A DNA stretch of 64,000 nucleotides from Octopus vulgaris (GCA_951406725.2 OX597819.1:43400001-43464000); one strand, 5' to 3'. Shown: positions 12,495 through 25,445, numbered from the stretch's first letter. Translations and numbers: made by a program. The notes: a model not told the origin generated them from the sequence alone.

Positions 12495-12860
12495 CTAGCA
12501 CTATGACCCGGTAACGCCGGGTCATAGTGATAGTACATGCATATACAGCTGCGTGCGTGCGCACATACACGCAAGTACTGTCCAAATCTCCGACCAATCA
12601 CATACAGCTAGCTGGCATTCAATTGGCGTATCAAGTTTCGGGCATTTTGATTGGGTTTTGGATAGAAAATTCACAAAAAAGTCAGTTCTATTGATTTTTT
12701 AATAGCTTTGCGGGGGTGACTGGGGGAAATGTAAAGATGTGCACGACCACCCTTGGACGGTTTTGAATGACCATAGAAAGTGCGAGCCCTCTAACTGAAA
12801 AATCGTGGATTTGTATAAAGGACACACACACAGACATTTTGCCGTTTATATATATATATA
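12495..12860 (-). mobile_element. Non-autonomous Helitron-like element 1
   Basis: Minus-strand 3' end CTAG|T next to the GC-rich hairpin cactatgacccgg-taacg-ccgggtcatagtg. The 5' end merges into (TA)n. Confidence 0.6.
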
Positions 12861-12862
12861 TA

Positions 12863-13500
12863 CTAGCAGTATCGCCCGGCGTTGCTCGGGTTTGTAAGGG
12901 AAATAACTATATAAGCATTTTTAGAGAGTTATAGCCAAAAAATAGCAAAAAATGCATTAAAAATGGAAAAAATATGATGGTAAATTTTTTGAAAAATCGT
13001 TGACTCATCGTAGACATTTTTAGAGAGTTACTTCCCTTATATAATAGCGAAAAAATGCATTAAAATGGGAAAAAAAACGATGGTAAATTTTTTTTTAAAT
13101 CGTAGACTCATGTAGACGCTTTCTTAGCCATTTCTGTTTTGGTGTCTTCAAGCCATGAAGTCGTTGTTCTAAAAGAACGCTGATCTCCTTGACAACGCAT
13201 TACGACGTTGATTTTCTTACACTCCCTTCCCCACAGGTGCAGGTGTGAGCGTGGACGCCAACTCCGCCGCCATCGACACACGAAAAATTATGCATTAAAA
13301 TGGAATAAAAAATGATGTTAAATTATTTTTAAAATCGTAGACTCATCGTAGACGCGCGCTAATACTCAGACGGGCTCGATATGAATCACGACTATAAGCT
13401 ACCCGAATTTGGTTAAACTGCACCGCAAAATGTGGGAGTAGTTAGGAATCTAAATCGAAGGGGACAGACACTCACACAACTACAGTTTTATATATATAGA
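12863..13500 (-). mobile_element. Non-autonomous Helitron 2
   Basis: Minus strand A|TCTATATAT...CCCGAGCAACGCCGGG-CGATACTG-CTAG|T: 5' TC, subterminal hairpin, 3' CTAG and an AT target. Confidence 0.8.
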
Positions 13501-13544
13501 TGTACATAGCGCAGTAGTGGTGAGATGTGACAGCAAAGAAAAGC

Positions 13545-13777
13545 ATACATTCACTCTCTGCATGCAATTAGACTCGGAAAGTTCGTGAGGAACCCATTGA
13601 CCCAATTTGCTGACTTTTCCGATAGCACACAGGTCTCAATGAATGGTTGAATGACCAAATCCAAGCTTCTCTGCTAGTTCCTCAACAGTTACGATGAGAT
13701 TTTGTTCCACCAGGGTTTTCAGGATGTCCTTGTCGAGTTCTACAGATCTTTCAGGATGAGGCTCGTCTTCTAGGCTG
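13545..13777 (-). pseudogene. mariner transposase fragment (HTH to WVPHEL linker)
   Basis: Translates as SLEDEPHPERSVELDKDILKTLVEQNLIVTVEELAEKLGFGHSTIH*...KVSKLGQWVPHELSE. Confidence 0.8.
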
Positions 13778-14309
13778 TTCCAATATAGCTTTGAAAAAAA
13801 TAGCTGTTAAAATCGAAATGCACTCTTCAAAACTTGCACTATGAATAAGGACAAGATAAAATTACTACCTGCTTTTATAGCAAGTTAATATAAGTAGTTT
13901 ATCCCATTCCCCTCTGACTTTTAGTTCAAGCTGTTGAAAAAACCGCATTATTATATATATATACATACATACATACATACATACATACATACATACATAC
14001 ATACACACACTCTCTCTCTCACACACATGCACACATTTATATTCTGTTATTCTTTTATATGTTTCAGCCTTGAGGTTGTGGCCATGCTGGATCATGTGTG
14101 TGTGTGTGTGTGTCTATCTGTCTGTCTGTCTGTATGTATATATGTATATGTATGTGTGTGAACAATAATATTTTCAACAGATGTGTTGCAAATGTATCTG
14201 ATTGTTCTCAAGCTTCAATACTGTGTGTGTGTGTATGTGTGTGTGTATGTATGTATGTATATGTATGTATGTATGTATGTGTGTATGTATGTATGTGTGT
14301 GTGTATGTA

Positions 14310-14344
<35 letters not shown>

Positions 14345-14530
14345 ATGTATGTATGTATGTATGTATGTATGAGTGTTCCTCAAATCACTATCTCTGGCTA
14401 TTTACTCTCTTCCAAGAACATTTTCACTCACACTTATGTGTTAGCTTCCCATACATTTTACTCATGTATCTATCAGCGTGATAGAGAGAAACAAATATTA
14501 CATCTAGTTTCACTTTATTCGTTGCCCACT

Positions 14531-14772
14531 GTGTGTGTGCGTTTGCGTGTGGTGTAAACCAGACTAAGAAAAGCATTTGACACACACACCAGAATGTGAG
14601 TTTTCTGTAAATTTTGCTTAATTGGAGTTTAAATTTTAAAAACTGGACCTGGCATGACGCGATGCATTGTACTCTTAAAATTGCTAGGTAAATTGTAATT
14701 GAAGAAATGCTATATTGTAGATTTGTATAACTCCCAAAGGGAGGCAGATAAAATCTGCCTTTTATAATAAGA
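14531..14772 (-). mobile_element. 5' portion of a Helitron joined head-to-tail to Helitron 3
   Basis: Nearly identical to 15669-15910. The junction on the minus strand reads CTAG|TCTTATTATAAAAGGC. Confidence 0.75.
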
Positions 14773-15052
14773 CTAGCAGTATCGCCCGGCGTTGCTCGGG
14801 TTTGTAAGGGAAATAACTATATAAGCATTTTTAGAGAGTTATAGCCAAAAAGTAGCAAAAAAATGCATTAAAAATTGAAAAAAAATTAAGGTAAATTTTT
14901 CTTTAAATCGTTGACACATCGTAGATATTTTTAGAGAGTTACTTCCCTTATATAAAAGCGAAAAAAATGCATTAAAATGGAAAAATATGATGGTAATTGT
15001 TTTTTAAATCGTAGACTCATCGTAGACGCGCGCTAATACCCAGAAGGGCTCG

Positions 15053-15308
15053 TTTGTTATTCTGGGTAACTTTCTGTAAAATTATTAAAATTTTGTTCAA
15101 ACATCGCTATAGAAAATGGGTTATTAGCTAATATTCAATTGGGTATACAACAAAATTTTACGATAGAATTTGTTATTCTGGGTAACTTTCTGTAAAATTA
15201 TTAAAATTTTGTTCAAACATCGCTATAGAAAATGGGTTATTAGCTAATATTCAATTGGGTATACAACAAAATTTTACGATAGAATTTGTTATTCTGGGTA
15301 ACTTTCTG
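15053..15308 (+). repeat. 116-bp tandem repeat, about 2.2 copies
   Basis: tttgttattctgggtaactttctg starts at 15053, 15169 and 15285. Confidence 0.9.
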
Positions 15309-15351
15309 ATACCCATAATAATATTTATGGCAAAATAGGCCTTAATTTCAT

Positions 15352-15555
15352 TTAAGATTGTGGGAAATAACAAACTATCCTTTCTTTCGGTTTGTTTACG
15401 TTTAGCGTAATGATTTCAAATAGGCTCATTCGAAAAAGTAAATAGAAATAGTCTAAGGCTTTACTCTTCTGGGAAAGTCTGTGGCTTGGTCCAGTTTCTT
15501 CAGAAAACTCACCGAAAGAAACAGTTTTTAAATTTTCACTCCATTCAGGTACCAA
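15352..15555 (-). pseudogene. Putative piggyBac-type transposase N-terminal fragment inside Helitron 3
   Basis: W...FSEETGPSHRLSQKSKALDYFYLLFRMSLFEIITLNVNK resembles the F-x-GP...PLDxFxLFF...IVxETN start of piggyBac/PGBD transposases (recognised by eye). Confidence 0.5.
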
Positions 15556-15907
15556 TTCGTTTTCTTTATCGCTGTCGGATTCACTGTTTTCACTTTAATA
15601 GCTGCAAACTTGCAAAGACAAAGGAGGAGAAGGGTGATAGCGTCAGTGAAACAATTCGCTCCCTTTGTGTGTGTGTGCGTTTGCGTGTGGTGTAAACCAG
15701 ACTAAGAAAAGCATTTGACACACACACCAGAATGTGAGTTTTCTGTAAATTTTGCTTAATTGGAGTTTAAATTTTAAAAACTGGACCTGGCATGACGCGA
15801 TGCATTGTACTCTCAAAAATGCCAGGTAAATTGTAATTGAAGAAATCCTATATTGTAGATTTCTATAACTCCCAAAGGGAGGCAGATAAAATCTGCCTTT
15901 TATAATA

Positions 15908-15944
<37 letters not shown>

Positions 15945-15949
15945 CGTAC

Positions 15950-16150
15950 ATATCTTCAACTGATAATGCAGGATTTTCTTCAAGTAATACCTCAAGGAGT
16001 ATATCATCAAACTAAACTGGATGTCTTGTTCGATCTTCATCTTCAAGGCAGAAATCTCCACTTTTTGCAAACCATCTGCAAGTTCTTCCATCCAATCATT
16101 CTTTCGCATAAACTGAATGTATATTTCGAGTCGCTTCTGCTGCAGAGTTA
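15950..16150 (-). pseudogene. Fragment of the same mariner family as 17188-18474
   Basis: Near-identical to about 18022-18232 and lacks the aaaccatc duplication present there. Confidence 0.85.
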
Positions 16151-16294
16151 TATACATACATACATACATACATATACATACGTGGGGACACAGACAAACG
16201 TGCACATATATGAATGTATACACACACACACATATATATATATACACACATATATGTGTGTATGTAAGCATGTGCGTATAAGTACGCATGTATC

Positions 16295-16373
<79 letters not shown>

Positions 16374-16918
16374 ATATATATATATATATATATATCTATA
16401 TCTATATATATATATATATACACACATACACTTACGTGTCCATATATGTGTGTATGTATGTATGTATGTATGTATGTATGTGAATGCTTGCTTATGTAAT
16501 AAACACATATAGCTCTCTACATGCCCTCTTTTCTCATTCACTGTATGTTGATTGTGATTGAGGTCACGATGGTACTAAGTGCAACTCGGGGGAGTTCCAT
16601 ACTCATCATTAATGTTAATATTCATATCGTGGCGTGTTTACTCTGTGTGACGTATATATGAGAGGCAGCTGGGTGGGATGTCGGTTTCGAATGTCGAACT
16701 ATCTGTAAATGTGCTTTTGTATATGGTGCTTTTGTGTATACAGCAGGGGTTGAGGGTGGTGGTGGTGGTGAGAATTTATGACTATACTTGTATATCACTC
16801 CTTTCATGTTTTCATGTATGTATGTGGCTGTGGATGCGTGTATGTGTGTGTGTGTGTGTGTGTGTTCTTGCCTCTCTGTTCACGCTTGCCTGTATTTTCA
16901 AGTCCCCCTCGCTATCAG

Positions 16919-17004
<86 letters not shown>

Positions 17005-17187
17005 AGTGTAGAAATATAGTATCTATAATTAAACCTATCAATATAAAATCACAAATATGTATGACAGGTGTAGGCGTGTCTTTGAGGTAAGCAGCTTGCT
17101 TCACAACCACGTGGTTCCGAGTTTAGTCCCACTGCGTAGCATCTCGGGCGAGTGTGTCTTCTCTACTATAGCCATTTCGTATATATA

Positions 17188-18474
17188 TCACGTCATCCCA
17201 TAAGTTCTGTCCGAATTTTGAATAAAGAAAACAAGTGATCAAATGTTATATTTAATTGAAATTTAATCATCAATGTTCTTTCCCTGATTATCTATGACTT
17301 CCATCTATTTACAAGCTTTTTAATCCCATCACTGTAAAACCCTTTTCGTTTCAAAGCGAAGAACTCTGAAATGTCAGTTTCGACCTCCTCCTAGCTTGCG
17401 AAAGTTATGTCCCCCAAATGATTCTGTAAACTACGAAACAAATAGTAGTCTGAAGGAACTAGGTCGGGAGAATAAGGTGGATGAGGAATTTTTTCCCAAG
17501 CAAGCTCTTTGATCTTCTGTGATGTGATCTTTGCAGTGTAGGGTCGCGTATTGTCCTGATGAAACATCACTCCTTTTCGATTCACTAAAGCAGGTCTTTT
17601 TCTTTCTTGAAAGCTTGGTTCAAACGCTCTAATTGCTGACAGTAGACATGAGCATTGATTGTTGCATTAGGTGGTAACAATTCAAAGTGAATTACTCCTT
17701 TGCAATCGCACCAGATAGAGAGAACTTTTTTTCCCACGAAGTTCCCTTCTCGGTTGTGGTTGAGCTTTTCCTTTTTACCAAGCGTCTGTTTACGACGTTT
17801 AACATTTCGATAGACGATCCATTTTCGTCACCAGTCAACAGTCTATCCAAAAAGGGTGAAATGAGTTCGCGAGAATGGAGAGAAGAGTAGATGTCAACTC
17901 GAGATTTACGGTTACTTTCGGACTATTCATGAGGTACCCATTTTCCAAGTTTAGGAACCTTTCCAAGTTGTTGAAGATGGCGATGAACAGTTGTATGGTT
18001 TGAACTAAGCTTTATTGCCAATTCTTCAACTGATAATGCAGGATTTTCTTCAAGTAATAGCTCAAGGAGTATATCATCAAACTCAACTGGATGTCTTGTT
18101 CGATCTTCATCTTCAAGGCAGAAATCTCCACTTTTTGCAAACCATCATCTGTAAACCATCTGCAAGTTCTTTCATCCAAGCATTCTTTCGCATAAACTGA
18201 ATGCATGTTTCGAGTCGCTTCTGCTGCAGAGTTTCCTTTTTTGTACTAATAAAGCATTATGTGCCTCAAAAGCTCTTTGGATACTTCCATGTTAGAAAGG
18301 GTTTTAATCAAAGAAATTTTAATTCTATTATTCTGTAAAATAATATTTAATTAGTTTAAATGTACACAAATGCATAAAAATAATTTAAAATTCCATTAGA
18401 CATTCTAAAATACTTTTAAATTTCATTCAATTTGAAAAAAGGTAAAATCGGACAGAACTTATAGAATGACCTGA
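17188..18474 (-). mobile_element. Full-length decayed mariner (DD34D) transposon
   Basis: TIRs tcacgtcatcccataagttctgtccga / tcggacagaacttatagaatgacctga, TA flanks, about 1.29 kb long. Confidence 0.92.
17260..18290 (-). pseudogene. mariner transposase pseudogene
   Basis: MEVSKELLRHIMLY*YKKGNSAAEATRN..., WVPHE, TGDE, HQDNTRPY and PHPPYSPDLVPSDYYLF motifs, broken by stops and frameshifts. The 3' end is approximate. Confidence 0.9.
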
Positions 18475-18877
18475 TATATGTAAACTCATTTGTTATCTGT
18501 GCTTACTGTGATATTTCAGATAAAGAGTATTGTTACTACTAGAGAATGGTTGAAACAATTCCAACACACGTGAAGGATGTCTACATCTGCCACATTACGC
18601 CGTTCAAAGACCATCGTGGAACTTATGGGATGACCTGATATATTCTTTTATTGTTCTACTTGCTTCAGTCATTGGACTCTGACTATGCTGATTACATCGC
18701 CTTCAATGATTAAATCGCAAAAATGTACTCTTGTATTTATTAAATGAGTAGCATATTTTCCGTCGATCCTATTTGCCCAACCGCTAATTTTCGGGGAAGT
18801 AAAAATGCGTACTACCTTTGTCCATTCTTCAAGGCAGTAGCCCAGCACGGCCGCACTCTAGTGAATGAAACTTGTAA

Positions 18878-18921
<44 letters not shown>

Positions 18922-19113
18922 ACGTGTTTCCTCCTGTTCGGTTTACATCACGAATCTTGCAAAACAAATTCATAAACGTCTATACCTATATAGATACATA
19001 CATACATACATACGCACGTACTAAGTGACAAACCTACGGTGATTATATGTAAACACTGCTTAGCGCATATATATATATGTATGTATATATATATATGTAT
19101 ATGTATATATGTA

Positions 19114-19211
<98 letters not shown>

Positions 19212-19418
19212 GAGATAAGAAAGTTGGTTTGTGAAAGCACGTGGTTGAATATATAGAAAATAGTAAAAAGTGAAAAAACTACAGAAGGCTTAAATATTAA
19301 AAATATATATATTTGCGTCAATATGTCTGAAGAATATTAAAAAAATGTTTTTCTCTTATAATGACATAGTTTTGAAGAAAGACCGGTTTCGCATTTAGCT
19401 TTTCAAATTTCTTACGAC

Positions 19419-19466
<48 letters not shown>

Positions 19467-19865
19467 ATATATATATCATTCCACCTTTGCACGTCTCTGC
19501 ATCATGATCTGAAATGTAAGGCCTCTTCTCTGATGATGGATGCTCGATTTATCTAATGTTGATTGCTTCCATTATGGTCTGCATATTGTGATGAACTCTC
19601 TCTACCAACATTATGACGGATCTCCGAGACCTATTTTCTTTGTCGTTTGTACTCTTGTGTAAGTTTGATCTATCAATATAAATATCTACATATTTATACT
19701 TTAAATATTCCTCGTCTGGGACTCTTCACTCTTTGGCTTCTCTAGTTTTGCATGTACACATGCATACATATTTTGTATTTCATACCCAGAGTGTTATATT
19801 TAATATATTTAGATTGCTTATCCGCTTAACTGCTTCTCTCTCTCGCTCCTCTCTCTCTCTCTCTA

Positions 19866-19914
<49 letters not shown>

Positions 19915-19920
19915 ATTCTG

Positions 19921-20356
<436 letters not shown>

Positions 20357-20367
20357 GTATGTATGCG

Positions 20368-20452
<85 letters not shown>

Positions 20453-20676
20453 CGTTATATAATTAGGGTTCAGTAAAAAAAATTACTTTACCACACAGCG
20501 AACTTTTAGAAATAGCAGCCCAAAAATTTAGCTATTTCCTCTACTATAAGAAAAGTCTCCCAGACAATGTATACTCAAAAATAATTCACGTAGGCATAGA
20601 GGGAAAAATAACGAAAGATCAAACGTACATCGATTACTTGAGAACGTCGTTTCTGGATTAGTTTTGGATTATTATT

Positions 20677-20765
<89 letters not shown>

Positions 20766-20832
20766 GGTCCCGGGTTGAGTCGGGGTTAACCACAGTAAAT
20801 AAGGTACTCAATACACTGCAGAGTAAATTAAT

Positions 20833-20955
20833 TTATTTTATAGAAGGAGCTTCTACAGGACTAGTACTGTTTCATTCAAATGAAATCATCAGGAAGCTTC
20901 CTGATGTTTTCATTTGAATGAAACAGTACTAGTCCTGTAGAAGCTCCTTCTATAA

Positions 20956-20960
<5 letters not shown>
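20833..20960. repeat. 128-bp spacerless palindrome with one mismatch, in a ~200-bp insert within (TA)n
   Basis: 64-bp arms centred on AAGCTT (20894-20899). The only mismatch is 20886/20907. Confidence 0.95.
20848..20898 (-). ncRNA. Type-I hammerhead ribozyme motif (mirror copy on + at 20895-20945 has CUGAUGU)
   Basis: AGCTTC-CTGATGA-TTTCATTTGAAT-GAAA-CAG(TACTAGTC)CTG-TA-GAAGCT: 6-bp stem I, stem III ACAG/CTGT, GUA triplet. Stem II is weak, with a U-U at its base. Confidence 0.65.
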
Positions 20961-20999
<39 letters not shown>

Positions 21000-21122
21000 T
21001 ATCCCATTTGACGGGCATTATGTAATAGATTGTTTTCTACTCTCTGTATAGAATTCCTTGGTCGTTAATTATTTTTCGCTATGAAAACAAATAACTTAAT
21101 TCAAAACACAGACAAACACAGA

Positions 21123-21182
<60 letters not shown>

Positions 21183-21975
21183 AAGACACTAGTATGCAAT
21201 AAACAGAATAACAACAAAACTCACCGCCACCACCGCCACCACGACGACGACGACGACCACCACCACCACCACCACCAACACGACGACCACGACGACCCTT
21301 ACCACCACAACGGCGACCACCACCACCACTACCACCACCACCACCACCACCAGTACATCGCTGATATAAATTACTTACTTATTCCTCATCTGCCCCTGCA
21401 ACCCACATTCCAGATATAACAATAATTGAAGAATTATAACAACAATAACAATGGAAGGTTAAGGTTAACAGCACAGTGCAATTAGTGCAATGTCAAATAA
21501 CGTGACGTAATGTGAATACAATACAATAACCTAGCTAGCCATATACATAAATAGCTATATGTGTATAAATAAGTATGAGTGTGCGCGCGCGTTTATATTC
21601 CGATATATATATATATATATATATTATAAAATGAGATAGGGGTTGAAAATTCAACCCACCATGGGATAATATATATCCAATATACTGCCAGATAGGTACC
21701 CAACAAGATTAATACATAGATGTTAAAAATTGTCAAACAATCAGTTCATCAAATGTATTATATGGGTAAAGGTAATAATATTACCGTAAATTAATACTAC
21801 AAAATTAGAGAATGGAGAAACATACTTAAATCAATAAAACATCAACTATCCGATGATACCCAATCAATACTTTAATACACCATTACATATGAGTAGAGGC
21901 ATTATACAAAAAGAGATATACATTAATAGTAAAAAGATAAAGAGATATAAGTAAAAAATTTCAAATATAATATGC

Positions 21976-22107
21976 AATTAATCAAAACTGACAGCTGTTT
22001 CGGCAGTGAGGGCAGTCATACCTCATTTAACCTATAAGCCATAAAGGCAGGTATAAATGAGGCATTAACAAGGATGCCCCACGGCCTCTTCAGAGAATTA
22101 AATTAAA
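21976..22107 (-). ncRNA. Type-I hammerhead ribozyme with very long stem II (pLTR, sense copy)
   Basis: Reverse complement of 25092-25223. Confidence 0.7.
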
Positions 22108-22437
22108 TTTGTTATAATTGTGAAAAATATTATATAATCATATACATATAAATATAAAAATATAAAAATGTAAAATATAAAAACTTATACATCATAATGC
22201 TACACTTATATAATATAATACACATTGGTACAATAAAGGAAGGTAAACAGAACAAAATAAAACAAAATATATATCAGTGTATATATTAATATTAAGTACC
22301 GATATTATACATATTTGGCTAATATTTTTTTTTTTTTTTAAAAACTAACACATAGGGAGATGAAAAATAATAATTAAAACCATGGTTCAGTTCATAAAAT
22401 TCTAAAGCTATAAAAGTTAATAAAAATTACTATTAAT

Positions 22438-22489
<52 letters not shown>

Positions 22490-24182
22490 GATACAGTTAA
22501 GTTTGCACAAAGTCCATCCTTTCAAGAACGAAATAACTATGAGTTTAGAAATGCTGACCACTAGGTAAAGAAAATTTAGATTAATTCGATTGGCTATTGG
22601 TTTGAAATTTAAATCACAAAAGAAAATTATACGGTTGGTTAGTCAAGGAACGCCAATATTCACACACGCATCTACAGATCAATCGCACATACACACATAG
22701 TTATATGTATATACATACACTTATACGCATACATAATCACAAGCAACAACTAGCACATAGATAAACAAAAAGGGAAGCAACTATGCTACCATTTAGTCCT
22801 TCAAAATTATAACTGTGCCTCAAATACCGAAAAAGAACCATCCATGCCTTTCATAAAATATTTAATTTAGATATAAATATATTTTTAAATATCAGTATGT
22901 TACTAAGTCAGATAATTATTTCATGGGTAACTTAAAATTTATAACACCGGTTTGTTGCATAGTAAACATACGGTTGTTAGATTTATCGTAAGTTTGTTAT
23001 GATTCCAAGTACGCTAAAATATAAAATAAAAAATATAAAATATATATTAATTTATATATTATAAATAAATCCCATATTTACTTAATAAATTTAATGCCAT
23101 AATATACCAGTTTAGGTATTAAAAAATAGAAGGGGAAGTACTAATGTAAACGCTTATGAGAACATCACAGAAATTTTTAAAAATTTATATTATAAATACT
23201 TAAGATAAAATGCGATAAAATAAATAAGAAGGAATAAACACGAAGGAATAAATACGGTTATACACATATTATAAGTACAAACCAGTATATATGTATACAT
23301 ATATTATTAAAATTTAAATAAAAATAAATGATAGATATGTATGTATAAAACTACCCTAGTATAAGTAAATAAGTAAAAAATAAATAGATAACAAATTAGA
23401 TGACTTGATATGTATGTAAACATCCACACTTAAATAGGCAAATAAATAAATAATTAGAAGACTAAATGCAGAGATTGATAACAATACAATAAAATAAAAA
23501 ATAAATAAAGTGAATATATATGTTATATTGTTGAAGGTAAATATGTATGGAAGGATAATTTAAAGTACAGATCCAGAGGACTATAGATATAAACTAAATA
23601 TATAAGGCTGGTAATATTTATAAAGCCAAATGTATGTAAATGAAAAAATGAAAAAAATGAAAAAATGAAAAAGGTTTATTAGTAAATAGCATAAGATACA
23701 AATTAAGGTGAGTACAAAGAAAGACCAAATATACAATAAAAACCTTCCAAATAAACACATACAAAAAACCTATATTCTCAACCTAAACACACCAAACTCA
23801 TAAAAGGCTCTCCTATATTACATATTATACAATAACATTACATTATCTAGAGCTAGGTATCTAACCAAGATATACATATATACTATGCAATATACTATGC
23901 AATATTAGAAAACTTCAAAAATCACATATTACAAGGCAAATACCAAAATGAATATGTTATTTCCTGTCATATTACATTTACCTTAAAAAACAAACAAAAA
24001 CCCACATACAAAAACAAGAAACAAATAATACTAGACACATCTATTATTATTATACAAATGTAGCTATAAAAATTATAAAATTATAAATTTATAAGTTGTA
24101 TACTTTAGAATTATAGAAGACCACAGGTATAGTTAGTTAAAGAAGGGAGTTAAAAAATTAATAATAGTGGAAGTGCTAAGTT

Positions 24183-24992
24183 CTATTTGAATCTAGAAAA
24201 GGTGAACGGTAGCCTATGAATGCAAAAGAAGTTTTTTTCATTAATGTTGTTAATAATTTGCCGACCCGCTTTAATAATGAAAAAAATTTCATTAATACAT
24301 AGAGAGCATTTTTTATTTTTTCCATTATACACAGGTGCTGAAGTTAGTATTTTCCAGTTTAATCTAAAATCCAAGTTCTTACTTTTAAGTTCCCAAATAT
24401 ATGCACTAAGCCCTGTAGAGTACATTCTATTTTTATTTCTAAAAGTATATCTGTGATAATTCAATCTTTGTTTTATGCTATTCATAGTTGCCCCGATATA
24501 CACCCTACTACTCAATTGTGTATCTACAGTGCATTGGTAAACTACCTCCTTCCTGAGGCATTGATTACCAAATACACATTTATTTTTGTTTCTGAAATTA
24601 CAAAGATTAACAGAATGAGGAAATCTAAGATTGGTCTCCACCCCTATACTACCATTCACATTATAAGTGTTACAATTGTTATCATCATCCAAACCCAAAA
24701 TCAACGAATGAGTTAATTTCACATTATCGGCTATATTCCTATCACTAGTACTAGTAATGGTAGTAGTAGTATGATCTATTACATTTATATTATCTCTGAC
24801 AGGTACGGTGCACTCATTATTAGTAAGGGGGTTGTTCACATTCGTTCCAAGAAAGTTTCTGTTCCTATTATTATTAAAGAGGGGCAAATTTCCCTGGTCT
24901 AAATTCAATTTTCTATCCTTATAGAAGTGATCCAGTTTCCTGTTATTAAAAGAGGAGATAATGGTGGCTAGATTATGAGTAATGCTATATCC
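24183..24992 (-). CDS. C-terminal part of PLE ORF: end of thumb/linker plus GIY-YIG endonuclease (5'-truncated, no RT)
   Basis: The frame stays open upstream of 24908 (GYSITHNLATIISSFNNRKL...). It then reads CNFRNKNKCVFGNQC..VVY...YIG...RLNYH...LSAYIWELK...WKIL...CSLCINE...CIH. Confidence 0.88.
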   Translation of the reverse strand, partial: GYSITHNLATIISSFNNRKLDHFYKDRKLNLDQGNLPLFNNNRNRNFLGTNVNNPLTNNECTVPVRDNINVIDHTTTTITSTSDRNIADNVKLTHSLILGLDDDNNCNTYNVNGSIGVETNLRFPHSVNLCNFRNKNKCVFGNQCLRKEVVYQCTVDTQLSSRVYIGATMNSIKQRLNYHRYTFRNKNRMYSTGLSAYIWELKSKNLDFRLNWKILTSAPVYNGKNKKCSLCINEIFFIIKAGRQIINNINEKNFFCIHRLPFTFSRFK

Positions 24993-25091
24993 CGTGTAGC
25001 ATTATGATGTATAAGTTTTTATATTTTACATTTTTATATTTTTATATTTATATGTATATGATTATATAATATTTTTCACAATTATAACAAA

Positions 25092-25223
25092 TTTAATTTA
25101 ATTCTCTGAAGAGGCCGTGGGGCATCCTTGTTAATGCCTCATTTATACCTGCCTTTATGGCTTATAGGTTAAATGAGGTATGACTGCCCTCACTGCCGAA
25201 ACAGCTGTCAGTTTTGATTAATT
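25092..25223 (+). ncRNA. Type-I hammerhead ribozyme with very long stem II (inverted pLTR copy)
   Basis: CTGAAGA (25106-25112), ~85-nt hairpin GGC..GGGCA..TGCCTCATTTA/TAAATGAGGTA..TGCCC..GCC, GAAA (25198-25201), palindromic ACAGCTGT and a GUC triplet. Stem I is weak. Confidence 0.7.
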
Positions 25224-25402
25224 GCATATTATATTTGAAATTTTTTACTTATATCTCTTTATCTTTTTACTATTAATGTATATCTCTTTTTGTATAATGC
25301 CTCTACTCATATGTAATGGTGTATTAAAGTATTGATTGGGTATCATCGGATAGTTGATGTTTTATTGATTTAAGTATGTTTCTCCATTCTCTAATTTTGT
25401 AG

Positions 25403-25445
<43 letters not shown>

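Larger units (their letters stand above)
14773..15910 (-). mobile_element. Non-autonomous Helitron 3 (composite)
   Basis: Shares its 3' ~280 bp, hairpin and CTAG with Helitron 2 but has a different 5' end (TCTTATTATA). Contains a 116-bp tandem repeat. Confidence 0.75.
21625..25403 (-). mobile_element. 5'-truncated Penelope-like retroelement with inverted pLTR, inserted in (TA)n
   Basis: GIY-YIG ORF; 21796-22205 is duplicated inverted at 24994-25403; a hammerhead lies in the repeat; (TA)n on both flanks. Confidence 0.9.

Noticed and set aside
19525-19640. ctgatgatgga... as a long-stem-II hammerhead
   Set aside because: No GAAA box or stem III found downstream.
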